The notes under the pieces were generated by a model. It saw only the letters and a program-made list of their open reading frames with translations, did not search any database and had not been told where the DNA came from. A stretch of 64,000 nt of DNA. Origin: Haplodiscus bocki. Lineage: Eukaryota. The translations under genes were made by a program, and so were the position numbers. The DNA is taken from contig OZ296653.1 of assembly GCA_965655095.1 (NCBI GenBank), forward strand, positions 25,172,001-25,236,000. The letters run 5' to 3'. Shown here one piece after another: positions 1 through 12,300 of this stretch; the stretch's first letter is position 1, and each line of letters begins with the position of its first letter.

Positions 1-57
1 TGCAATGCCCATAAATTTACGCTTGGATGTTAGAAATATCAAAAAGAAAAGACGCAC

Positions 58-326
58 TTCTTTAGCGATATGATGGAAATCTTTTCCATGCACTTTCCAA
101 GCTCTGTTGAACTCCATTCTGTCACTGTGAGACCACTTCGTAGAGTTTTGATATGGGTAATCAATGAATGGGCAGTTCGCTTCGACAAAGCGCGGCTTGC
201 GTCTCAGCAGAATTTTGAGGGAACTCTTAATGTTGCGATACAAATTCAACACGTGATGTGCCAACTCCGCGTTTGATCCGCCTCCATTTATTGCACACGA
301 ATTTGCCAGGGTGAAGTAGCTCTCCA
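58..326 (-). CDS. ZNF541: Host gene exon: ELM2 C-terminal half and start of SANT domain
   Basis: Not in the ORF track. After acceptor ttttag (327-328) it reads LESYFTLANSCAINGGGSNAELAHHVLNLYRNIKSSLKILLRRKPRFVEANCPFIDYPYQNSTKWSHSDRMEFNRAWKVHGKDFHHIAKE, then donor gtgcgt at 57-56; phase 1 matches exon 18724-18936. Confidence 0.88.
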
Positions 327-3300
327 CTAAAACACAAAACAATGCATCATGCAAAAAGCCTCACAGCGAAAAAAATCATTCAATATCATGGAAAGCATTT
401 GGCCGACGCAAACCGAGGTGACAATGGCAACTGCTTTCAATGCATATTTGCCCGCATATTCAACCGAAATTGAAAAATTTCGTACGTATTGCATACTTTA
501 TTATGATGTGCATGGCAAGTTTCAATAAAAACTTCCAGAATTTTTAGCGAAACTGGACTCAAAATTTGTTCATTTCTACAGAAAGATAATGCACTTCTAC
601 TATATATTCTCCGGAAAAAGCGATGCTTTTCGACAAATTTATCGCACTTGGCGACAATATGGAAACATAGGACTGCTGATCAAAAATTTGTTGAACAACA
701 GTATATTTTTTCAAAAAAAAGAAACCTGGTTTACAGATGTTGAATTTTTGGCCGGCTATGAGTTCGATTCGAGATTTGGGAATCTGTTCACAAAACCACC
801 AGCCCCACCCAACTAAATACGTATCCACCTCTCCAAGACGAGGCTGGCCAAGAAGCAGGGTGTTTCAGAAAATTTTTAAAAACCGAGAAGGTTTGGTGCG
901 TCTTTTGTGCGCCGATGAATCTAGAATAGAATCAGACGGTTTTACAGTGGGTCGCTTATCCTCAACACAGCAGGGCCTCGTGACTCATGGCGCTGTTCTG
1001 TCTAAAGTCTCTAATTCCCTCAAATAAACTCGTTAAAACACAAACAACAATTAATACTCTTTAAAAAAACTAATGAAAATCAATTATACCTTCAATGAAG
1101 TAATATAAACTTCCAGTACTTCGAATATAACAGAATAACATCAAAATTTCAACTTTGTCCGATTTCGTGATCAAGCCCAAAAACTGATTTCAGTGGTGAC
1201 ACCTGGAGACGTCGAAAGTGCGTTATTTTCTCTTTTTAAGTCACACACATACTGGCTAACTATTTCAGGGAGACATGGATCGAGTATCAGAATTTAATTC
1301 TTTAATTCACAGATTCGTTTGTGATTTTTGCATTGCAAATTGAGCTTTAAAACATCTAAGTGTTATAGAGAATTTCCAGAACAATGAACACCTCACACAT
1401 CTCACAATTATAACTTAAAAACCTCATATCTCATCAAGGGAAATACTTACCGAAAATCGCATCAACAGTTTCGTGTATGAAGGAGAATTGGAAACAAAAG
1501 AGTACAGATTCAGTAAAATTGGCCCATTCTCTGCAAAGGGAAGACAACAGGTTTAGCCAAGTTCTATTGGAAATGGATTTTGACAAAATTTGAAACGGGA
1601 TTATTCGAGGCGGGGGAAGATATCACAAATCCTTTCACCAGATTGGCGTTAAGTGTCTTGAGAGTAATCATGCCGAATTTGAACAACATCGGGTTGATTC
1701 TGGGCAAGAGGAGAACAGGTTCTGCTAGGTTGGGGTTTTAGCGAGTTTTCGGAATTTGTTCAATTTTGAAACCCTGTTTTTCGGCACAGGGAAAGATATC
1801 AAAAGTCTGGTCCACAGTTTTTCGTAATACCTCCTCGAAATCAGATTGGCTGAGTATTAGGGATAATTTTGAGCGGGAGGGGGAGAGCAAATTCTACAAA
1901 AAGCTTAATTTTTCCAAAAACCGCTACTTTTGCCACTTTTTGGGCCATCAGTTTTTCACGCAGTTACTTGGTTGGATAAATTTTATATCGAATGACAGCT
2001 CACAGTCCCACCTTAGCAGACTAAAAATCTCTACTAGCTACCTTTTGTAAAATTCGAATTTGTGCACCAGCTTCTGTTGCACTCAACTTGAAAAAAAATC
2101 CGCCCTTGAGTACGCTCTACAACCTATTTCATTCGGTGTCGTTCCTATTTGCCGAACAACTGCTTTAAAGTACGAGCTAAAACTAACAAACAACCGGCAA
2201 AGACGGTAGGAACCACATATCCTCACATACCCCTCATTAAAATTAAACTATCATGCCGCATAGTTGCCGTTGGAACCTCGTTAAAGATGCGTTCTTAGCA
2301 AAAATTCCTACTGAATGTGTTCTATATCACATGGACTATACTTTCCCATTCCGAAAAAAAATCGGATATTTGCAAGAACCCTAGATTTTTGGTCACGAAA
2401 AGGCATTAAAAAACCATTTTATTCACATTCTACAGTAAAATCTGTTGCTTTTTCCAATTCTTAGAAATTTCGTTTTCTTTTTCTCACTAAAAAACCCTGT
2501 TTTCGTACGTTTTTAAGACACCCTACTAACTCATTCACATTCTACCGCAAAATTTCCACACATTGGTCATGAAAAATTTCAAAGTCAGTCAAAATTTCAT
2601 CAAACATTAATTTGCAAGTATATGTTAAACAAGGCGTCCGGTTAACTCCGGGAAATTTTTCACCTTCCAATTTACAAAACCTTGAAATGCCCCGTTATTC
2701 GGACCAAAAATTGTCCAAAATTGCATCAATAATCGATCTTTTTTTTTCGAAAGAGAACCTAAATTTTTGCAAAACAAAAACTATTTTTTGAGAAAGACCA
2801 TCATGCTAGATGCATTCTACGGTAGTAATATATAATTCATTTTCTTAACAAGAATTGACAAAAAAGAGAAACGACATTAGCCACTGAATAATTTTCCTTT
2901 CCATATACATATGGAGGTGGAAAATGGAGAAAAAACGCACTTTTGGAGTGGAAGATTTTCTTCCATATTTAAAAATGGGCGGAAAATGAAACCGCAAAAT
3001 TCTTATTAGTTCTCATTAAAATTAAACAGCTCGAGGGATAATTTCCATTTTCTGAACCCAATTGCGCTCCCCGCGCTATGGGTTTAAAATTAAAGCAATT
3101 CAACTAAATGATCATCATCGGACTTGAATTTGTAATGAGCATCTTGGTGTTTCTTGCAACACAAGGACATCGGCACCTCTTAAAACTTCACTTCCCTTTC
3201 AATATCTCTTTTAGGGAGTGATTTCTTCCCATTAACAAACTAAAGGATAACGTATCTAGTTCTCATCTTCGTTCATCAAACCCGCCTCCTTTTTCTTCAA

Positions 3301-6300
3301 TATTCAGACAGATTTTGTCTGCAAAGGAGACAAAATTCACAGATCTGAATGTCTAAAGTAGTGCGCAACTCAACTATTTTCATGACACAACTTCCGTTTA
3401 GCTAAAAAAACTCAAGCACATTTTTGAGGGTTTTGAGTAGTATAGGAAGGGGGCTTTAGAGCCACTTATGACTCTTTCCATATTAGGACGTGTCGTTAGA
3501 GCCACTTATTGCTCCTCAATCTTAATACGTTACCAACTCCCAGTTTAACCTCATGACAGCTTTGACAGGTTATCTAGTTTAACTTTCTGACAGATTTCAA
3601 GCCACTTATTGCTCCTCAATCTTAAGACGTTACCAACTCCTAGTTTAACCTTATGACAGCTTTGACAGCTTATCTAGTTTAACTTTCTGACAGATTTCAA
3701 ACCTTGAAGCCAAGATTTCGCTGTGGTTCAAATATCGAATATTATACCAATACTGATGAAAATGTTCAAGCCTCATCATATTCTGAATTAATTCCTTAAG
3801 GGAATCCAAAATTTACCGAAACGAATTTCAAGAATTTGACCAATTTGAATAAATCAGAGCGCATTTTGCCTCAAATTTCAAAAATTGAGCTCAAATAGAG
3901 GAACATTGAAAAAAATTCACGAATTGAAATAGATTATACTAGCAAACAGTTCTGCCGGATCGGCAAATCGAACATTTCAATCGGTTCAATTCTTTTTAAT
4001 GATACGTTTTTTCAGTCACTGTCATCACGCGCAATGAATGAAGCAGGTGAGTGAAATTGGCGGACGATTCGACGATCTCACTCGCGTACTTCAATCGGCA
4101 GGATCGTCGCGACGTGAAAGCACAGTCACTGAGTTTCATTTACTTGCTTTTTGTTGGCTCGCTATTTTCACTGCTGACTCCGGTCTTTCAGTAATGACGT
4201 GAAAAAATTTTGATAGTTTTGAAAGCTGAGACACGGTTCAATCTCTCCATTTTTATAGGATTCTTTGAAAAATGTACGAATTCATTATATACTGCAATTT
4301 CAACCTCAATTTCGACAAGGAGTTTTTATATAGCTTACGATACTGAAACGTTTTAAGAATCCACTATTCTTTTTCAATGTTCCTCAGCAAAATGATTCGA
4401 TGTGACCATTGCCAAAAAGTAATCACATCGAAACGCACTTTGTATCAGCATATTCGCCAAAAACACAATAAAGTCGCCAAAAACACAATAAAGTCGCTAA
4501 AAACACAATAAAGAGCCAACATTGCATCTCCGGAAATTCGTTTGTGGTCATTGCAATCAAAATCTCTCTTCTTCCTTCAACCTTCTTCGCCACGTTCGAA
4601 ATAGTCATATATTAACTGGAAATTTCAAATGTCTTTCCTGTTTTATTGTATTTGGATGCGCTGAGTTGCTCGAAAGTCATGAAAAACAAATTCATTTACA
4701 AGCCTCCCCGTCTGCTAATTTTCAACGCGCTGTGTCCGATCACAACCTGCAAGCTTCTTGTGTTGAAACTTCGATCAATGATACTTTCAAGGTTTTCAGA
4801 GTAAACTTGGAACCAGAAAACGTGGAACCTTTCCAATTTCTAACCTCCAGTGAGGAGGGTATCAAATCATTTGTCAACGAAAAACTACCTTTTAACGGGT
4901 CGAACAGAGTTGGGATAACTATACATGTTAAACTGTGCAAGCCGTTGGAGGAGGAACGTGTTACTGTGCACTTTCATTCACCAATGGAGCGTGTTGCGCA
5001 TGAGTTAGTCCAAGACGATTTTATCAACATAACTGATGCAATAATTTCACAATTAAATGTGTATTGCTCTGGTGGCTCAGGATGGGTCGTAAAAACCCTA
5101 AAAACTTTGGAGATCAGGATAGCAGGCCCCTTCAAAGGAACAGCATCATCTTTTGCCCCTTCAAAGGAACAGCATCATCTTTTATCGAGACCCCAGCTGA
5201 ACTCAAAAACGTATACCGAAGTTTGCTCAACATAAAGAATAAAGATGAGTTCTGCTTTCTTTATTCTGTACTTGCTGGCTTATTTTCTCACAAAAAGCAT
5301 GTTGAGGGACGCTCTACTTATTCGCCGTACATGGACCAGCTTGTCTATAAACAATCTGATTTTCCAATGAGTTTAAGCAAAATTCCACGTTTTGAGGAAC
5401 TAAATAACGTTTCGATATCTGTTTATCGATTCGAACAAGGGGGGCTCCTGAATGTTTTTTATAGCAAAAAACCGAAAATGCCAACGAAAAGTGAAACTGT
5501 TTCTGCTTGTTGACCATGACAAAACACACTATTGCTTGATAAAGAACTTCTCGAACCTTATGCACCATCTGACTCGATCTTCGTCGAAAAGAGTTGGAGG
5601 CCCAAGAACTCGCTTCTGCGGCAACTGTATGCAATCAATTGTGAAACACAACTTTAGCAATCACGTTCAATTTTGTGAGCACCACAAACCGCTGGAAATA
5701 AAAATGCCAGGCAATAACAAAAAGCTGACTTTCGAAAACTGGCAAAAAACGCAATTAAATCCTTTTGTTGTACATGCCGGTCTAGAGGCAATTGATGTGG
5801 CTTCTGATGGTGCTGGTGAAAACAATATTCCAAACACAATCGAAATTGAACGACAATATCCTGCTAGCTTCGGAGCTATATTGATTAACTCCAAATGTAA
5901 GTGTTTTGCATAGCTTGTGGAACCTATAACTTGGCTGTTCTGAACTGCTATTTTTCAAATCAAATCATGTGGTGGGTTTTTGAAGTTTTGCGTTTTTTGT
6001 TTCAGCACAAATAATTGAGAAATCGGCTTCTTATCGGGGCGCAGATTGTATTTCAAAGCTTATGGAAACTCCCCGCTCGTGGTTGAAATGGATGTACAGT
6101 GAAAAGCAAACCTTCAGTTGGGTTCAAATTTCTGCCGCTGATCGTGAAAAACATCTCTCGCCAATGACAACCAATTGTTGCATATGTGGAGATTCAGTTA
6201 CTCAATCCGAGCGTGCTTTTCATCACTGTCAATTAACTGGTAAAGTTTTCAGAGTGGCCCATTCCTCCTTCAACTCAAAAGCGAGATCAACAAGTTATCT

Positions 6301-9300
6301 GCCAATATTTTTCCATAATCTTTCACGTTACGATGCTCATCACATTATCAAAAATCTGACTCTTCTCTCGGGTGAAAATTTGTCTGCCATTTCTCGAACC
6401 GACGAAACGTATACTTCTTTTAGCGTTTCTGTTCCTGTCGGTTCTTATTATACAAAGAATCATAAAAATGCAACATTTATAAACAACCTCAGATTTCTCG
6501 ACAGTTTCCAGTTCATGTCTCAAAGTTTAGACTCTAGCGAAAACTTTGAAAACTGATGACTTTTCGTTATTAAAGACGTTTTTTCCTTCGACACATCCGA
6601 CAGTGGATTGGAAGTTACTCACTGGAAAAGGCCATTTTGCATAGTCCTATTTGGACTCATTCGCAAAGTTCGAAAGACTTTTACCCAATTATGGAGACGA
6701 CTGGAAAAACACCTTGACTGGCAACCTTGACATTTCCAAGGCAGACGTTGCCCAGGCCTTCAAAATTTACACCTTGTTTGGTTGTCGCAACTTGGGCGAT
6801 TACCATGATGTGTATTTACGGACTGATGTTTTAATTCTAGCTGATGCTTTTGAGAAAGTCCGGCAAGTTTGTATGAAAGTGTACAAACTAGATTCAGTTC
6901 CCTTCTCAGCCCCCAACCTAAGCTGGGACGCAATGCTAATTACTAATCGCGTCGATTTGGGTCTTTTGAGTGATATTGACAAGTTGCTGTTTTTTGAGAG
7001 AGGAATTCGTTGAGGTATTAAGGAAATTGGTGAGCTACGCCATTTCCGAGCTAATAATAGAGATTTGGATGTCTTTGATGAATCAAAAGCAAATGTTTAC
7101 GGTGCGTTTTTTGATGTTACTTTTCTTTATGCCGGTACCATGCAACAAACTTTACCTGTGGACAGTTATTATTGGAATGAAACAATTACATTGAGACAAC
7201 TCCTTGCTACCAGCGACGATTCAGTTGTTGGATTTTTTGGAGAAGTCAATAGCACCTATCCGTCTCCTCTGCATGACTCTCTCAATGATTTGCCTCTGGC
7301 ACCCGAAAAGATATTGATTCAAAAGTCATGGTTATCTCCCTACGCACAACCTTTCAATGTCAAATTACGAAGTCACGGTCGAGAAAAACTAGTTGAGACA
7401 TTATTGGATAAGATTCGTTACATTTGCCACTACCGAAACCTTAAATTTTGCGTCAATCAGGGTCTCAAAGTTCGAAAGCTTCATCGTGTAATTCAATTCC
7501 GTCAAAGCAAATGGCAAGGTGATTACATTTCGAAAAATAATATTATGAGGAAGCAAGCAAATGATTTCGAGAAATATTTCTATGAATTATTGAGCAATGC
7601 TTGTTCCGGAAAGACTATGAAAAACTTCCGAAATCGAAGAGAAATTCTTTTTGTCAACAACGAAAAACAAGCTGAGAAATCGTTGTTAAAACCTACATTC
7701 AAATCTTATCAAATTATTCATGATGGATTGGTCTCCGTTTCCTTCGCCCCGAGTAAGATTGTTTGGTCAAAGCCTACCCCTGTGGGAGCGTCCATACTTG
7801 ATTTGTCTAAACTGAGCCTCTACAAGTTCCACTACGATGAAATGAAACCACGTTTTGGTGACAAAAGAAAAGTTGGCTACAAAGACACGGACTCACTTTT
7901 GTATAGAGTAGAGACTGAAAACTTATACTCAGAAATGGCCACCTTCAAGCACCTCTTGGACTTGTCAGATTACCCCGAAGAGCATTTTCTACATGACAAA
8001 ACGAATAAAAAGGTTCCGCTCATGATGACAGATGAATTGCAGGGGAAAGTATTGAGTGAAGTTGTTTGCCTCCAATTGAAACTTTATAGTATTCAATTTG
8101 AAGGCGGTGTCAAACGGAGTGCAAAAGGAGTACAAAAAACTGTCAAAAAACCCTAAATCACGATTTGTTTAAAGAATGTTTGCTGAGCAAAGGAAAAGTG
8201 AAACGGTTCATGACCCAACTTAGATCTAAAAACCATCAAATTGTTGTCAGTCGTGTTTACAAAGTAGCCCTGAGCAGTTATGATGACAAACGGTATCTAC
8301 TCAATGACGGCATTCATTCGCCCGGATACGGACACTACAGAATTAAGGGACAGCCATGCAGCAATGGTTAATTTCTTTTTCACATTTCCTGGTTACGTTC
8401 ACGATCTAAAACCCTGACAACCTTTTCTTTGTTTCTCAGAATCCGACGTTTCCTCGCTGCTCAGTCAAAACGACGATAAAAGTGATAATGAAAGTTCCTA
8501 CTACTCCAACAATGCTCGAAGTGACACAGAAGTAGATGACAGCCAACGCGCAACTCCGCCAACTTTACACAATTTCCTGCAACATCACGACTGTTCTTGT
8601 TAGAAAGCTTCAATTGCTCTTTCTCATCATTGGTTTTCATTTTCCTGGAATTATAAAATCGTGAATTTTAGCGCCTCCGGACCCTGGTTTCCACCAATCT
8701 CACTACTCAGACGTCAATAATGATGAGCATTGCATTGAATGGGACCGCTTCGATGAAGTGGTCGCAGAAGCTGAACAAGTTGAACCCAGCAATACGTGTC
8801 CCTTCATAGACTGGGAGGCGTTACAGTCGATTGATGATGATGTTGATGAAAATTCCCATGGTAGCACTAGCAACAATGATACTGCAGCGTCCGCCAATAA
8901 AAGATGTAAACTTGTTCTCTATAGTGATAGCAGTGACACTGACAATTAGTATGAAAATTTATTCATCGTAATTACTCTGAGTATAACAAACTTTATATCC
9001 AAAATTACATTTACAGTGTATATGGAAATAACGTACAATGTCAATCTCTGAAACAGTTGTTAGTTTGGAAAGGAAACGGTTGGTGACAGATTGTATTTTT
9101 GATGTGAAGCTTTTACTTCTTTTACAAAAGAAAGTACAGAGGTTTTCAGCAAAGTGAATTTCATTTAGGTAGTGGGCCATAAACAAACAGTACAGTCCGC
9201 ATAAGTTAGAACTCGGATTTTGCATAGGGAAAGTTATCTCAAATGCTCTGATCGTTCTCGATGAAAGGGCAGTTAATCGTTTTTGTATTTTTCTGTAACT

Positions 9301-12300
9301 TTTGATGGGCTCAACGAGAGGATCCCATAGGAAAATCGTTATTATTGCATCATTAGACGCTAAAGCCTGCTTTCTTGAAGGATCAATTAAAATGTATGAC
9401 AGCAAAAACCAATGCTGTCCCGCTTCGGTCTGGGCTGCACTGTTTACAATTTGATAGATAAATTTTTGGCCAGTTGTCACAGCAGAGTTTAGTATTTCCT
9501 CAAGATCTCGACCCGAAAAAAAGTTGTCAGATGAAGCCACACCAATAAATTTTTTTTGAAAAGTTTGGGACAGCAGTTATCCGCCAATTGAATTAAACTG
9601 AAAGTATCCATTGACCAACGCCGAATTCTTCGAAATATTTCGAGAATTGTCAATAAAAAATTGACTGAATCTTTCTCCAATCAGAAATAACTCGACTGCC
9701 TCAGGTAAAGCTTTGCTGAAAGACAATTTCAACGTTTTTCCTGCTCCCGTCAATTCGGGAAAAAATGTCAAACTTTTGCTAGCTTCTCTTGTTGATGTTA
9801 GATCGAATACTAGGTAGAAATGGTTATCCTGATAGTCTTCCAAGGTAATGCCGTTGCCGCCACGTTCGAATCCCAAAGCTGTAAAGGTATTGTAAAACAG
9901 GCGTGTGTCGTTTGATGTATCCAATGGTGTCCCTGCTATTGGTAAACCGTTTCCTCTCAGTAACTCGATCTTTCGCAGGTCAAATTTTTCAGAACTAAAA
10001 GGCGTTGAAGCCGTCGTTGTTCCGCGGAAAAAACGATTCCGAACCATGCACATTGTTAAGCGACGAAAGGGTTCAGTGCCAAAGATGTTTTCTCTTACAC
10101 AGCAATTTTATCTGGATTGTATCATAAAGCTTTTTGTTGAATTTTCTATGTACGGATATACCGCATAACTCTTTGTGAGCGCCCGTTCAATGCAAAGTTT
10201 CACGGTATCCGACAAGACAATCTTGTTTACAAACAGGGACGCTTTGTCAATTACAACAACAGGCGGATTTTTATCAAGACTTTTAACTAATCTGCATCCA
10301 AATCGGTCAAAGTTTCCAAAGTGCAAAGGTTGGGCGATCGATAGAGGGGTAAGTGAAGTGTCACGCCTGGCAGTAGTAACCGCTCGCAATCCAAAAAGTC
10401 AATATGTGGAGCTCCATAGAGGTAAAGTGAGCACTTACCATATTCAGCAAATTTTTTCATGATTATGTTTATCACTTCTAGATTTTTTCTTTGTTTCGTC
10501 GATAACGGTAGCCTTGGCAAACGGTCCATGTCCTTTTGCTAAGTGGGTCGGTTGTTAATTCTGTTTCAACAAAGGCGGTGTGATGGTAGTTGTTGTTACT
10601 ACTGGATATCAATTTGCCGTTCAGAATTCAACGTGTGAAAACAAAGAGTGTAGCGTGTTGTTGGAAAAAAGTAAATTGTCCGGCGTTGCAGCATCTTTTC
10701 CACCTGGGTTGTATAATTTTACGTCCAATCCCAAACAAATTCGGTTCAAATCAATGCAGTTTTTATTGTCTGATGTGACAAAAAAATCTAGCTAAGGCCC
10801 TTTGCAACCTACATGAGGAAAAACTTCTTGATCGAAGGATCCTTCGTAATTTATCAGTACGGTTGGTCTCTCAAAAAAGTCAAGAGCGCTGTGGGTTACG
10901 TGATATGCAATTTCACTTGAGGTTCCAAAATACGTTTTGGTTGCTACTGCTGGTATTCATCACTCCTTCCTTCGTTATGTGATGCTTGCTAATCAGGTTC
11001 TTTACCAGTTGTGGAACGCCACACCAGAGAGTATATCGGACCGACTTCTCGCAAAATTTTTCCGATTAATGACTTCTTCCAATTTATTGTCCCGTGTTCG
11101 CCGCCCAGACGAAGGCCCGCTCCCCGCCCGTTGCCTGTCGGCTCCATCGCTCGTCACTCGCCCGCCCGGCCGCTGCCCGCCCGCTCCGTCCCGCCGCGGC
11201 GTGCCAAGCGGTCGCACAACCTCAGATACACTTACAATTGTTTTTTTTTAAGTAAATGCGCGAGCAATAACTCTTTTTGAAGAAGCGGCGGCGGCGGAGG
11301 TGGTTGAAGCAATGGTTTTTGAAGCGCTTTTTTTCAATGTTTCTCCCAGCACAGTCTTTGGTCTTTTCCTACCCGAGATGACGTTTGAGATTTCCGGCAC
11401 AAATGACGATAACAAGTTCTTTCCAAATTCTTTGGCCACAGGCATCGCGTATTGTTTTAGGAGAGGGATCGCCACGTGGCCCATACGCATGGCGAATGCT
11501 CCCAATCCTCCAGATCCATACTGACGCGCCGGCCCGCGGAACGTAACTGCATTGGGAGTTCCAATCGTCTTTTGCCCCCTTTGATTGGCAAAGTGAGCAT
11601 CCATCAATCTGTCTCGTTTCATTTTTCTCCGTGTCTCTTCTTCCAACGACCACAGTACAGGAGATGCTCTTTTATGACTGACTCTTGTTACAGATTGTCA
11701 ACGGACAATTGTTGTTGCTGATAGTCAGATGGATGAATGGAAGCTGCCTACAAGGAGCATGACTGCTTCATCTAACTTCCAATTTAGAGAATGAGGAAAT
11801 TGACAAAGTTTAGAAAGAAGCACGTGGAGCTTAAGAAGGATGACAACAACCACAAAGAAAGCAAAAAAACTCGTGGGCTGTTGCGCTAGAGTTTAATTTG
11901 TTTGTCTATATTGCAAAGTCAAGTTTGTTCTTCCTCGACTCAAAAAATGAATGAGACCGCCCGCTTCATTTCGAAGAGCAATGGTTAATGAATGAATTGA
12001 AGACTTTATCACTCGACGCCATTGAATTCTGGTGAACGTTCGCTGTCTTTTGTTGTCACCAAGTGGTACGGCTCTGACTAGTGCTGTTTGTGTCTCCGAG
12101 TATTTCGTTTTGAACCAAATCACAGTAAACTAACATAGTGTGACATCCTGCTGTTAGATCAACAGGATAGTTACCAATTTGCTCGCTCATTTGGCCGCGT
12201 CTTTCAACTTTTTTTGGTTTCTTGCAGTCTTGCGGCACCTCCAAAATCATGACTTCCTTCAGGCTGTTTGGCGTCATTATTTGTTTGGCTACAGTCAACT

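Larger units (their letters stand above)
4392..8949 (+). pseudogene. Protein-primed family B DNA polymerase (pPolB) with N-terminal C2H2 fingers, OTU-like protease region, endonuclease VII-like insert and spliced acidic tail; disrupted
   Basis: Motifs GSGW, NIKNKDEFCF..THYCLI, FHNLSRYDAH (ExoII), YLRTDVLILADAFE (ExoIII), FDVTFLY, YKDTDS, KGV, DDKRY spread over ORFs 4522-8371; several frameshifts and stops. Confidence 0.93.

Noticed and set aside
70-1027. Plus-strand ORFs 70..276, 589..816, 737..1027 and minus ORF 559..828 as genes
   Set aside because: 70..276 is the antisense shadow of the ELM2/SANT exon; the others have no motifs and could not be joined in phase to the host gene.
5064-8371. 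Programmed ribosomal frameshifting in pPolB
   Set aside because: Breaks coincide with tandem duplications, homopolymer indels, in-frame stops and mutated catalytic motifs; simple decay explains them, apart from the three intron-like gaps.
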